A DNA stretch of 56,022 bases. Source: a virus (Duplodnaviria > Caudoviricetes). Position 1 is the stretch's first letter. Each line of letters begins with the position of its first letter. Below are positions 36,164 to 45,039 of this stretch, one piece after another. The stretch lies in the IMG/VR virus record IMGVR_UViG_3300018005_000018, positions 1-56,022 of that record, one strand, 5' to 3'. The notes beneath the pieces are model-generated. The model searched no databases. It was not told the origin of the DNA and was given only the letters and a program-made list of their open reading frames with translations. The position numbers and the translations under genes were made by a program.

Positions 36164-36364
36164 ATGGCACGCAAAAAATGCACTCTGGAAAGTATTGGAA
36201 TTACCACGTTAAAACCTGGTCAATTCTTTTATTCACACAAAGCCGACAAAGATATTACGGCAATTTCTCATTATTATCGGGTGAGAGTAGGAACCGAAAG
36301 ACTAATTTTAATCAATCCGCAAACCTGCAAAGCTCAAAAAATTACCAAAGTGACAATTTTATGA
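36164..36364 (+). CDS. Hypothetical protein
   Basis: MARKKCTLES... Confidence 0.55.
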   Translation: MARKKCTLESIGITTLKPGQFFYSHKADKDITAISHYYRVRVGTERLILINPQTCKAQKITKVTIL

Positions 36365-36576
36365 TTGATATAATGACCGTTAAAAAACCACAAGCAATCG
36401 GGAAGAACTTTATAGTTAAGCGGTGCGCTAGGTGTCGCCAGTTAGTCCTGGATGATCCTGCGCACCCTGTTAATGGTCTGCTGCGTGAAGCCTGTAACCC
36501 TAAGACAGCCGGAGAATATTGGACCACGAAGCAATTACGAAGCACCAAAGCACAAAGGACCTTTAATTTTGGCTAA
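36361..36576 (+). CDS. Hypothetical Cys-containing protein
   Basis: ATGA-coupled start; CARC. Confidence 0.5.
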   Translation: MIDIMTVKKPQAIGKNFIVKRCARCRQLVLDDPAHPVNGLLREACNPKTAGEYWTTKQLRSTKAQRTFNFG

Positions 36577-36664
36577 ACGGGAGGCACTAAGAAACGGGAG
36601 ATGCTAATTTCCTTAACGGGAGAGAGACAAAATAATGCGATCAGTATATTGATCAAAACGGGAG
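36576..36664 (+). repeat. Four direct copies of AACGGGAG
   Basis: Copies start at 36576, 36593, 36615, 36657 in an intergenic region. Confidence 0.85.
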
Positions 36665-36710
36665 ACACTATAATATTTGAAAGTTCTTTAACCTAAAAAA
36701 GCAATAAAAA

Positions 36711-37334
36711 ATGAACACACAAAAACTTAAAAATTTAAATGCCTGCAGAGAAGCTGTTGAGTATGTAAAAACTCAAAAATCTACTACTCTTGCTTGGCAA
36801 AACTGCCCTCGCGGTGATTGGATGCTTTGGCTTGCATCAAAACTTGGTGTCAATAAGAGATTATTAATTCTTGCAAAAGGCAAATGTGCACAGACTGTGC
36901 TTCATCTTATGAAAGATCAACGAAGTAAGGACGCTGTAAAAGCCGCTATTGATTATGGAGAAGGTAATATTAATGATCAACAACTAGCTGCTTATGCTGC
37001 TGATGCTGCTGCTTATGATTATGCTGCTGATGCTGCTGCTTATGCTGCTGATGCTGCTGCTTATGCTGCTAATGCTGCTAATGCTGCTAATGCTGCTTAT
37101 GCTGCTGCTTATGCTGCTAATGCTGCTTATGCTGCTGATGCTGATGCTTATGCTGCTAATGCTGCTAATGCTGCTAATGCTGCTAATGCTGCTTATGCTG
37201 CTGCTTATGCTGCTAATGCTGCTGATGCTGCTGCTTATGATGCTGCTAGAAAGAACAATCAACTACTAACTGCCAATATTTGCAGAGAGATTCTTACAAA
37301 AGAAGTTTTAACAAAATACAGAAAATTGAAATGA
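36711..37334 (+). CDS. Phage protein with RGDWMLW domain and Ala-rich (AAYAA/AANAA) repeat
   Basis: NACREA...CPRGDWMLWL N-domain; microsatellite-encoded Ala tract. Confidence 0.8.
   Translation: MNTQKLKNLNACREAVEYVKTQKSTTLAWQNCPRGDWMLWLASKLGVNKRLLILAKGKCAQTVLHLMKDQRSKDAVKAAIDYGEGNINDQQLAAYAADAAAYDYAADAAAYAADAAAYAANAANAANAAYAAAYAANAAYAADADAYAANAANAANAANAAYAAAYAANAADAAAYDAARKNNQLLTANICREILTKEVLTKYRKLK
36987..37247 (+). repeat. Coding trinucleotide microsatellite (GCT with GAT/TAT/AAT)
   Basis: ~87 consecutive codons drawn only from GCT, GAT, TAT, AAT. Confidence 0.95.
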
Positions 37335-37474
37335 GCAGCAAAAAACGAGATAATGCTATCTCTAAAATCCTTAAGGATTACGAAAAACGCAAAAGTAAAA
37401 AGCGGGTAAAACTCGGTATATTATTGAAAGAGAATGCTTCTATAAGACGCAAGTGGTACTATTTCTGGAAATAA
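37331..37474 (+). CDS. Small basic hypothetical protein
   Basis: MSSKKRDNA..., ATGA-coupled. Confidence 0.45.
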   Translation: MSSKKRDNAISKILKDYEKRKSKKRVKLGILLKENASIRRKWYYFWK

Positions 37475-37476
37475 GT

Positions 37477-37530
37477 TATCTTTGCGTTAAGAAGGAGCTC
37501 CGGTTGTGTGTGTTCCGTCTCCTTCTTTTT
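37477..37530 (+). ncRNA. Candidate ~40-nt hairpin RNA or attenuator with TTGTGTGTGTT loop
   Basis: TATCTTTG 37477-37484; AAGAAGGAG/CTCCTTCTT and CGG/CCG stems; T-run. Confidence 0.55.
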
Positions 37531-37559
37531 AAAAACACACTTAACCAAATCTAAGCAAT

Positions 37560-38108
37560 ATGAAAAACTTACTTTTGATTATCCTTCTCTGCGGTGCTTC
37601 CCTTGCTTCCGGCAATTCTGACTATCATACATTGTACATTATTCAAGTTCATGGTATAATAAAACCAATTGATAAAGTGGATGTTCAGTTTAAACTATTT
37701 GCGAGCCATTTAAGCCTCATTGAGTCCTCAAATGATTGGAAGGTCGTCAATAGCCTTGGAATGATAGGAAAATACCAGTTTAGCCCTGCTACGCTTGAAA
37801 TTCTCGGATACCACAACATAACTCCCGAAAGATTTAAAGCCGATCCGTCTATTTTTTCGGAAGCAATGCAAGAACAGGCTTTGCAGGATCTCATAAAAAA
37901 TAATCAGAACTCACTTAAAAAATTTGCTTCCTATATTGGTCAGGTGATCAATGGAACACTTATCACAAAAGCCGGGCTTCTCGGAGCTGCTCACTTAGCT
38001 GGTGTCGGGGGTGTTCAGAAGTTTCTCACAAGTGCTCACAATGCCACAGACTGCAATGGTGCATCTGTACAACGATATTTAACAGAATTTCAAAATTTTA
38101 ACGTATGA
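37560..38108 (+). CDS. Lysozyme/transglycosylase-like protein with N-terminal hydrophobic signal
   Basis: IESS (catalytic Glu) ...GKYQF...AAHLAGVGGV; MKNLLLIILLCGASLA. Confidence 0.75.
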   Translation: MKNLLLIILLCGASLASGNSDYHTLYIIQVHGIIKPIDKVDVQFKLFASHLSLIESSNDWKVVNSLGMIGKYQFSPATLEILGYHNITPERFKADPSIFSEAMQEQALQDLIKNNQNSLKKFASYIGQVINGTLITKAGLLGAAHLAGVGGVQKFLTSAHNATDCNGASVQRYLTEFQNFNV

Positions 38109-38251
38109 AGACAAAACAGAAAGAGTTTAAAGACGGTCTTGGTCACGAATTTGCCGAAGCGCCTCATGTCTTTGGCTGCCTCATTGTCGGGGTTATCCTG
38201 ATGATTGCTGTATATGAATTATTTCGTTATCTTATTCATTTAAAACCATGA
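38105..38251 (+). CDS. 48-aa single-TM protein
   Basis: ...VFGCLIVGVILMIAVYELF...; ATGA-coupled. Confidence 0.6.
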   Translation: MKTKQKEFKDGLGHEFAEAPHVFGCLIVGVILMIAVYELFRYLIHLKP

Positions 38252-38412
38252 AAAAATTTACAACATTAATCTTTTTGGTTGTCTGCTTTTTCTTTCTCAT
38301 GCTGGCAGTAGGTGGCGATAAATCCGTTGCAGCAAGGCTTGTATTTCTACTTTTATCTTTTGGTGCTGTATTTTCTGCGCTTTACATTCACTTCGAAATG
38401 GAGAAAAAATGA
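38248..38412 (+). CDS. 54-aa two-TM protein
   Basis: MKKFTTLIFLVVCFFFLMLAVGG...LVFLLLSFGAVFSALYI; ATGA-coupled on both sides. Confidence 0.6.
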   Translation: MKKFTTLIFLVVCFFFLMLAVGGDKSVAARLVFLLLSFGAVFSALYIHFEMEKK

Positions 38413-38675
38413 GAACATACACACCAAAACAGAAGAAACCCGTTAAGCTCGCTATACAGACAAAGAAGGTTCGTATTGATTACAAAACGGAGATTGAAGT
38501 ATCTGTAGCCATTTCAGATGAAGATGCCAGAAAACACTTCTGGTTAAGAAACAAGAGCTATCCGCATCCAAAGCCTATTATACCAACTATTCCAGAAGCA
38601 GATATAGCAGAAGGAGTGTCTCAGGAAGAACTTGTAGGGATTATTGACGATGAAAATTTACCGGAAATAGAATAA
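38409..38675 (+). CDS. Hypothetical protein
   Basis: 88-aa ORF. Confidence 0.6.
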   Translation: MRTYTPKQKKPVKLAIQTKKVRIDYKTEIEVSVAISDEDARKHFWLRNKSYPHPKPIIPTIPEADIAEGVSQEELVGIIDDENLPEIE

Positions 38676-38701
38676 GAGGGATGAGATATGGAGTAGTCCC
38701 C

Positions 38702-38728
38702 GCCTCACAGAAATGTGGGGCTTTTTTT
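38702..38728 (+). terminator. Rho-independent terminator ending plus-strand block
   Basis: GCCTCACA-gaaa-TGTGGGGC + T7. Confidence 0.85.
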
Positions 38729-38835
38729 ATTGATTCTTGGATTCTCTATCATATCAACTGAATAACAGACAATTAGTTTTAAAAAACACCCAAAAACAGG
38801 TCAAAAATAGCATTCTTGGATTCCGGTGTAAATAT

Positions 38836-39483
38836 CTACTTCTTTAAACTATCAAAAAACACTTTATTGAGATGCCCAACAACTTCCATAACTTCCTGCA
38901 GCCCATATTTAACACCAATAATTAATCCTTTTGTTGTCGGGAAATATAACTTGTATTCTTTTCGCAACTCCTCTGCCAAGTCTTTTAATTTCTGCCAATT
39001 TGCGGTGTTTTTGCCTTCGGACTGCTCCTCAACCTCTAATGCGTAAGTTATTCGCTGTTCTTCTGTACCATTGTCCCATAGATTGTGTTCATCAAGTGTT
39101 CCGAGAACAATATTTCTGGCATAATACTTAAAATTTGGGTATTTATTCTGTCCTTTTGGTAACACGTGCATAAAACAACTTATCCATAGGGGGGTATTTA
39201 AGTAGTCCCTGAGCCACACACCTGTGATAAATGACTTTTTATCGCTATACTGCCATATTAAGCGAAATAATGCCATTTCTGTGAACTGAGAAGGTTTTAT
39301 TGGCTGTACACTATTTGGTGTTGTTTCAAAATTTCTCACAGTTGTTATGTTTAATTTAAGTTTATTGCGTACATTCTTTCCATCTGTCCGTTTCCATTGA
39401 TGCCTTTCACAATAACCTAAACCAGTATTTTTGTCGGTACCCCAAACTCCAAAATTGCAATTTTCAACAGAACAGGTTCTCAT
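38836..39483 (-). CDS. NinG/HNH-like nuclease-fold protein
   Basis: N-terminal C-x4-C...C-x2-H; SFITG...CFMHVLPKG...YP...NIVL...EH...WD. Confidence 0.55.
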   Translation of the reverse strand: MRTCSVENCNFGVWGTDKNTGLGYCERHQWKRTDGKNVRNKLKLNITTVRNFETTPNSVQPIKPSQFTEMALFRLIWQYSDKKSFITGVWLRDYLNTPLWISCFMHVLPKGQNKYPNFKYYARNIVLGTLDEHNLWDNGTEEQRITYALEVEEQSEGKNTANWQKLKDLAEELRKEYKLYFPTTKGLIIGVKYGLQEVMEVVGHLNKVFFDSLKK

Positions 39484-39513
39484 AATAATTCTTTTGTTTT
39501 CATAATATTTGAA

Positions 39514-39993
39514 TTATCTAAACATATTGAAATTCACAATAAACTCAATGGCAAGTGCCGTACAATGTGTTGACATATTAACACCAGTCCCAACATCAAA
39601 AGAGATTCTATTTGTAAATTCAGGTATATCTCTGTGAGGAAAATACCTCAACCCAATCAATGCCATAACAGACGGTTCAGGTTCATAGTTATATTTCGGC
39701 CTATCATAGTAAACCATTCCTGCCGATGCTGCGGCTGTGGTAAAGTATAAAGATTCCCTTCCAGGATCGGGATTAGTAAACAATGTCAATGCACCTGAAA
39801 AGCTATGGAACCATCTATCCGGATAAAGTAGTTTCATAGGTCTCCATCCTGCAGAAAGTGAAACATTCCCATATTTCAGTTCCATTCCGGCACATCCCTT
39901 TGCTTGGGAATCCCCGATACGTAGATTAATAGTCTGTGCGTTTGAAATTGCCGGAATCATCAAGAAAAATAAAATCAGTTTTTTCATAGCCAT
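39514..39993 (-). CDS. Putative outer-membrane beta-barrel protein
   Basis: Signal MKKLILFFLMIPAISNA/Q; alternating strands (VSLSAGW, LIGLRYF, SFDVGTGV); near-terminal aromatic FIVNFNMF. Confidence 0.65.
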   Translation of the reverse strand: MAMKKLILFFLMIPAISNAQTINLRIGDSQAKGCAGMELKYGNVSLSAGWRPMKLLYPDRWFHSFSGALTLFTNPDPGRESLYFTTAAASAGMVYYDRPKYNYEPEPSVMALIGLRYFPHRDIPEFTNRISFDVGTGVNMSTHCTALAIEFIVNFNMFR

Positions 39994-40001
39994 GGGATTA
40001 A

Positions 40002-40211
40002 TTATTTATTATATAAATTCAATAAATTATCTACTAAAAGGAATGCTTCTACTGTATAATTTCTTGTAATATTATCATTTAGAATTTGATCATGCAATTT
40101 CTCTTTTGCACATTTTAGTTCAAATATCAATTTTTTTGACGGTTTAGACATGGGTTTGTGGAGTAAATAATATGCCTTTATTAACCATATAAATTTTTTC
40201 AGCTTTTTCAT
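40002..40211 (-). CDS. Hypothetical protein
   Basis: 69-aa ORF. Confidence 0.5.
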   Translation of the reverse strand: MKKLKKFIWLIKAYYLLHKPMSKPSKKLIFELKCAKEKLHDQILNDNITRNYTVEAFLLVDNLLNLYNK

Positions 40212-40228
40212 AGTATAGTTTTTAAATT

Positions 40229-40307
40229 AAAAAAGAGGCATTCATCTATCTCAGATTTGTGCCTCCTTTGTTTTGTCAGTAACTACAAGAAGTCTGGCAC
40301 AAATATA
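40229..40307 (-). promoter_or_regulatory. Promoter followed within ~70 nt by terminator-like hairpin (attenuator or sRNA)
   Basis: TATATTTG 40300-40307; GAGGCA/TGCCTC + T6. Confidence 0.5.
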
Positions 40308-40316
40308 ATATTAATT

Positions 40317-41819
40317 TTAATTTGTGTCAAGTAATTCGTTGATCATTTTTACAGTTGCATTCTTGCAAAATGTCTCTTTATCCGGGAATGCCATTACTAT
40401 GCCCTTTTTCCCTGCCAGTTCCAGATAACGGGTTGCATCTATTTTTGGTGATATGCTCAGAAATAGATTGAATAAAGTTTTTGTTGTGGCAAAATCCCTA
40501 CCCTCACCTTTATCAAAAGGAGGTATCACTAATCCATATTTATTCGTGCTAGTTTCTTCTTTTGACTTTGATGGACCATTGAGAAAGTCGTCTGCAGCCT
40601 TTTCTGCTTTTACCTTGTCAAACTCTTTATTTGGCAAAACTTCTCCTGTCTGTGTATCTGCATCTGGTAGAGTTGGTAATAATTTCCCAAGTTTCCCTTC
40701 CTGATGAGCAAAAATAATCTCCCTGCATTTCTTATTTGTATTTTTCCCCGGGAGTATCTGTAATGCTTCCATCATATCCATATCGTTATTGATGATTTTA
40801 AGAAGTTCAGATGTCTCCATCTTCTCCATGACTGCAAGAGTCAAGTCACCTTCTTTGGGTTCTCTGTGTATCACTTTCCCATCAAGAACCTCAATAGAAC
40901 CCTTGTCACCCACAAATGGAGATTCGTCTTCTGGATTAGCAATATCATCCACTCTTTTCTCAGGTGGCTCAGGCACATTCACAGTCTCAGTCTCATTACT
41001 GACATTATTAACCGTTGGCTGCATGATAGTCTGTTTAATTTCGCTAAAATCTGGTCCTTTGATCTTATCCGCAACACGCTCTGTCATTTTTTCGCTTCTT
41101 TTCTGCGCGTGTTCCTTGTCTGGAATAGTGATCTTATTTCCATCAGCGGTTTCAATTACCTCTGCTACATCTTTTGGAAGGTCCATCGCTTCCTCTGTGG
41201 TATAGATGCCTGCCATGACATCCGGGAACATATCTCTGGCTAAGAATCCTAATGCTCTGTAATTAATCATTCTTGCCGGGTATTTCCACCACGCAGAGGC
41301 TTTATATTTCCATCCATCCTGTCCATTGACTTGTTGTTCTGTGATCCATAACCCCGCTCTTTTTGCCTGTGCAACCGAGAATGACCTTGATAACGTCTGA
41401 CCATTATCTGACCGTGTGGCTGTAATCTTAACAACCAAATCACCATTTTCTATTGATCCTGTTTCTTCCTCAACCCATGAACTCGGCTTCAATTTCCCTG
41501 AATTAAAGATCATACTTTTTGCCAAATCACCTTTTATCGAAAGCAAACCATTAACAGGAATGATATGTTGTAATGCGGTCAACGGAGGTAATTGTAATTG
41601 ATAACCCTGAATCAATACAGCCACGACTGCCGGAGTCTTTCCCTTTGTGAAGTCAGGCTTCCCATCAGGTAGCTTCTCATAGAAGTGATTTGGAACGAGC
41701 TTGCTATCCAGAAGGATTTTTGCAAACCGTTCCATTTTTTCCACGCTATCATAGGCATCTTCCACGAATTTTGGAAGTCGCGTCTCTGCCGATTTTACTA
41801 ATGCTTTTTCTGTTTCCAT
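40317..41819 (-). CDS. RecT-like single-strand annealing protein with long C-terminal extension
   Basis: GYQLQLPPLTALQHI..VNG, FSVAQAKRAGL, WWKYPARMI..RA...ARDMFPDV..GIYTTEE. Confidence 0.8.
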   Translation of the reverse strand: METEKALVKSAETRLPKFVEDAYDSVEKMERFAKILLDSKLVPNHFYEKLPDGKPDFTKGKTPAVVAVLIQGYQLQLPPLTALQHIIPVNGLLSIKGDLAKSMIFNSGKLKPSSWVEEETGSIENGDLVVKITATRSDNGQTLSRSFSVAQAKRAGLWITEQQVNGQDGWKYKASAWWKYPARMINYRALGFLARDMFPDVMAGIYTTEEAMDLPKDVAEVIETADGNKITIPDKEHAQKRSEKMTERVADKIKGPDFSEIKQTIMQPTVNNVSNETETVNVPEPPEKRVDDIANPEDESPFVGDKGSIEVLDGKVIHREPKEGDLTLAVMEKMETSELLKIINNDMDMMEALQILPGKNTNKKCREIIFAHQEGKLGKLLPTLPDADTQTGEVLPNKEFDKVKAEKAADDFLNGPSKSKEETSTNKYGLVIPPFDKGEGRDFATTKTLFNLFLSISPKIDATRYLELAGKKGIVMAFPDKETFCKNATVKMINELLDTN

Positions 41820-41824
41820 ATTAT

Positions 41825-42292
41825 TTAATTTATTGGTTTTATATAGTCTTTGTTGTACTTCCATGTCCTGTTATCAATCCCATGGATTCCCATTTCTCTT
41901 TCACTCCATTGGCATTTAATGAGTTTGCCTTCTTTTGTCAGGTTGGTTATTGTTCTCCGTGCAGAAGTTAGTAATATACCAGTAAATTCCTCAACTTCGG
42001 GAGGGGTGAATCTAGTTTCAGGATGTCGTGCAAAGAAATCCAAAATACGTTCTTTCTGGCTCTTTGCCCTGATCCGTGCCTTTTCAAGTCGATTATCGCT
42101 CAATGGCACGGTGTCATGAAAAATAAGTTCTCTCTGTTCTGTCATAGTATCTGATTCTATATTTTCAATAATATACAGTGTTGATAAAACCAATAATACG
42201 ACAATGATAGCCATTATTGCTGCCACGGTATCGACCATTGCCATAATACCGACGACAACTATTATTGGTACGGATTTTTTAAGTGTTTTCAT
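41825..42292 (-). CDS. Winged-helix protein with hydrophobic N-terminus
   Basis: SQKERILDFF...TSARRTITNLTKEGKL; two N-terminal hydrophobic segments. Confidence 0.6.
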   Translation of the reverse strand: MKTLKKSVPIIVVVGIMAMVDTVAAIMAIIVVLLVLSTLYIIENIESDTMTEQRELIFHDTVPLSDNRLEKARIRAKSQKERILDFFARHPETRFTPPEVEEFTGILLTSARRTITNLTKEGKLIKCQWSEREMGIHGIDNRTWKYNKDYIKPIN

Positions 42293-42612
42293 TTTTTTAG
42301 AATACTTAACCCAATGTTTTTATTATAATATCTAGTTATACCATCTTTTGTTGTGGAGAATCCGCTAAGTGCAAAATTAAGATCAACCCATTCGCCGTCT
42401 TTGACATCTGCTAATTGTCCCATTGTACTCATATTAAATTCAAAACTTACAGGATATGAATAAGTCCCTATAAATGCCTGTAAAACCAGTATTCTGAATG
42501 TTATTGTATTCCCCATCTTTGTAGGATGACTCTCGGGTTGACCTATAAAAAGCACCTTCCCCGAAAAAGGGAACTCATTAACTTGCCTATTTCTGCCTTC
42601 GTGGTATGCCAT
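42289..42612 (-). CDS. DUF3127-type OB-fold ssDNA-binding protein
   Basis: GKVL...FRILVL...YPVSFEF...VDLNFALSG...YYN. Confidence 0.75.
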   Translation of the reverse strand: MAYHEGRNRQVNEFPFSGKVLFIGQPESHPTKMGNTITFRILVLQAFIGTYSYPVSFEFNMSTMGQLADVKDGEWVDLNFALSGFSTTKDGITRYYNKNIGLSILKK

Positions 42613-42614
42613 AA

Positions 42615-43189
42615 TTATACTTTATTTAAAGGATGGTTTGTCTTATTATCAATAACAAAATTATTGTATGCTTCTGCTGCTTGATGCGATGTAGAATACC
42701 AACCTAATTTATATTCAATATTATTCCATTGGATTCTTGCCAGCCATGGCTTTTTAAGATTTTTCTTTTTACGAAAAATTACACCTCTATATCCAGATGT
42801 GTTGCTCGATCTGAGAAGACTATTGTTTTGACAACTAATATTAAATGTTACCCATCGACAATTATCGGGTTCGTAATTGCCATCATTATTCTCTCTGTCT
42901 AAAAGAAGTCCTGTTTCATAACCGTTCAATAAAGACCATTCATAAAACATTAAAACAGATTTCCTCCATCCCGTACAGACGGAAATGCCTCTGCCTCCAT
43001 AATTTTTATATTCTACTACACTTGGGTTATAGCACCTTTGTATCATATTCCTCCATGCTCCATAAATAGGATGTCTTGCAAGTCCATGAATAATTCTCTT
43101 TTCTGATCTCAGTTCTAATTGTTTACAACCACATGATCTTGTATGACCTGAATTGACATGTGAAACGCTTGCCTTAAAAGCTTTACCGC
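42615..43189 (-). pseudogene. HNH-AP2 endonuclease lacking its native N-terminus
   Basis: TRSCGC, WRNMIQRC, YGGRGI, LDRENNDGNYEPDNCRW, NTSGYRGV, AAEAYN; family-like sequence begins abruptly at [C]GKAF at the insert edge. Confidence 0.7.
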
Positions 43190-43197
43190 TTAGTTTT

Positions 43198-44076
43198 CTA
43201 ACAAGCTTTCTGCTCGTCAATTTGCTTTTGCAGTTCGGCGCAAAAATTAACATATCCGCGGTATTCATTAACCTGCTCATCAGTATAATTTCCGCGTCTT
43301 GCAATTTCAAGGCCGCTCTTAAGCCATTCGCTTATTGTGTATTTGTGGCAACCTATGTTAATATCACCAGTTCCATACCAAATAACTGTATGTTTTGTGC
43401 CGGTGATGCAAATAGTTTTTTGTATTACAACCCCATCGCCAATCGAAGCCCTTGAGCCAATAAAAGCCCAATCGCCAATCGAAGCCCCATCGCTAATCGA
43501 AGCCCCATCGCCAATCGAAGCCCTTGAGCCAATCAAAGCCCCATCGCCAATCGAAGCCCCATCGCCAATCGAAGCCCTTGAGCCAATCAAAGCCCCATAG
43601 CCAATCGAAGCCCCATCGCCAATCGAAGCCCTTGAGCCAATCGAAGCCCCATAGCCAATCGAAGCCCCATCGCCAATCGAAGCCCCTTCGCCAATCAAAG
43701 CCCCATCGCCAATCGAAGCCCCATAGCCAATCGAAGCCCTTGAGCCAATCGAAGCCCCATAGCCAATCAAAGCCCCATCGCCAATCGAAGCCCCATCGCC
43801 AATCGAAGCCCCTGAGCCAATCGAAGCCCTTGAGCCAATCGAAGCCCCATCGCCAATCGAAGCCCCATCGCCAATCGAAGCCCTTGAGCCAATCAAAGCC
43901 CCATCGCCAATCGAAGCCCTTGAGCCAATCGAAGCCCAATCGCCAATCGAAGCCCCATCGCCAATCGAAGCCCAATCTTTAATAATAATTTTTCGCTCTG
44001 CGAGCGCTTCTTTTGCTGTTTCAAAATCAAACGATTGCCAGCCTTTGCCGTCAACCCATAAGTTTATAGTTTTCAT
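43198..44076 (-). CDS. Hexapeptide-repeat (left-handed beta-helix) protein
   Basis: Start MKTINLW; ~30 x G[D/S/Y][G/R/W]A[S/L]I; C-terminal IGCHKYTISEW domain. Confidence 0.8.
   Translation of the reverse strand: MKTINLWVDGKGWQSFDFETAKEALAERKIIIKDWASIGDGASIGDWASIGSRASIGDGALIGSRASIGDGASIGDGASIGSRASIGSGASIGDGASIGDGALIGYGASIGSRASIGYGASIGDGALIGEGASIGDGASIGYGASIGSRASIGDGASIGYGALIGSRASIGDGASIGDGALIGSRASIGDGASISDGASIGDWAFIGSRASIGDGVVIQKTICITGTKHTVIWYGTGDINIGCHKYTISEWLKSGLEIARRGNYTDEQVNEYRGYVNFCAELQKQIDEQKAC
43433..43978. repeat. 18-bp tandem repeat array, ~30 units
   Basis: Unit CCAATCGAAGCCCCATCG with a few recurring variants. Confidence 0.95.
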
Positions 44077-44149
44077 CCTTTTTCCGTTTTGTTTAATGTT
44101 GTAATCTATTCCAAAGTGTGAGGGTTGCGCGGTGCATGCGTTCAAATTT

Positions 44150-44340
44150 TGCATACTCTTTGCAGTCAATCGCACACTCGCCTTTAATGTAGTCGCCAGG
44201 TCGCAGCCGGTTTTCGTGCGCCGGCAGCGGGCCATAAATCCTTCAATGTACTTGAGCCATTCAAGGGGCGTGAGGTCAGCCTTTTCGCGGTTGCAGGGCA
44301 CGCAGCTGCGCACCTTCAAAACGCCGCCAACATGGGCCGA
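44150..44340 (-). pseudogene. C-terminal fragment of an HNH nuclease
   Basis: HVGG...SCVPCNREKADLTPLEWL with no N-terminal CxxC/DH half; left boundary approximate. Confidence 0.55.
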
Positions 44341-45039
44341 CTAATTAAAATACCGTTTGACGTCTGCCTCAAGGTCTTCAAGCTTACGCTGGGCTTCCTT
44401 GATGTTTTTTTCAGCCTCAAGCCGCTGCTGGCCAGAGTAGCGTTCAATGGCTTCGGCTTTGAGCACTTCAAGCGGCTTGGCAACGTCACCCCAGCGGGCA
44501 AGCAGATAATGCTTGACGTCGTTTTCACAGCTGCAAGTGCTTTCACTGTATGGCTTCAAGTTATGTTCTTTTAGCCATTGGCCGCATTCAGCCACGCTTT
44601 TAAGCTTGGCGTCCCAGTGACACTTCCAAACTTCGCTCACAAGTATGAAGTCGTAGCTTATGCCAATAGCGACGGGGTCTTGCTTTTGGTCATCGTGCCA
44701 AATTTCAATCTTCTGAAAATAGCCCTCTTTAATACTCAGGGCCACAAGGTCAAGCACCTCAAGCGGTATGGGCGCACGGTTGTACTTGGCAACAAGGTCA
44801 ACCACGGGACAAAGCACCTTAAACACCCGTGTTAAGCCTTCGTTCATATAAAGGAACGGCACGGGGCTTTTTGCGGTTTCAACATTCAGCTTCTGCTGGC
44901 CTTCAAGGCCAAGCGTAGCGCAAATTTCATTCCATTTTGCGAGCGCATCGGCATCGTAAATGAGTTCGGCGGTTTCCGTGACAATGTACTTTTCAACCAC
45001 GGTCGGCCGGTTGCTGTTCATGCTGTTCAATTGTGTCAT
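44341..45039 (-). CDS. Conserved hypothetical phage protein
   Basis: Start MTQLNS; LGLEGQ...LCP...PIPLEVL...IEIW...DP...YLLARWG. Confidence 0.7.
   Translation of the reverse strand: MTQLNSMNSNRPTVVEKYIVTETAELIYDADALAKWNEICATLGLEGQQKLNVETAKSPVPFLYMNEGLTRVFKVLCPVVDLVAKYNRAPIPLEVLDLVALSIKEGYFQKIEIWHDDQKQDPVAIGISYDFILVSEVWKCHWDAKLKSVAECGQWLKEHNLKPYSESTCSCENDVKHYLLARWGDVAKPLEVLKAEAIERYSGQQRLEAEKNIKEAQRKLEDLEADVKRYFN

Noticed and set aside
36984-37269. Poly-Ser/Ile and poly-Leu/Met ORFs; AAT/GAT/TAT variation resembling DGR adenine mutagenesis
   Set aside because: Shadow frames of the microsatellite; no RT or TR/VR pair in the window; slippage suffices
43433-43978. Possible CRISPR array
   Set aside because: Contiguous 18-bp units with no unique spacers; encodes a hexapeptide repeat
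43493-43982. WGFDW and SQSKP repeat ORFs in alternative frames
   Set aside because: Stop-free by-products of the 18-bp repeat
44077-44319. N-terminal extension of the hexapeptide protein in the ORF track
   Set aside because: It is an HNH remnant that happens to be in frame; MKTINLW is the plausible start
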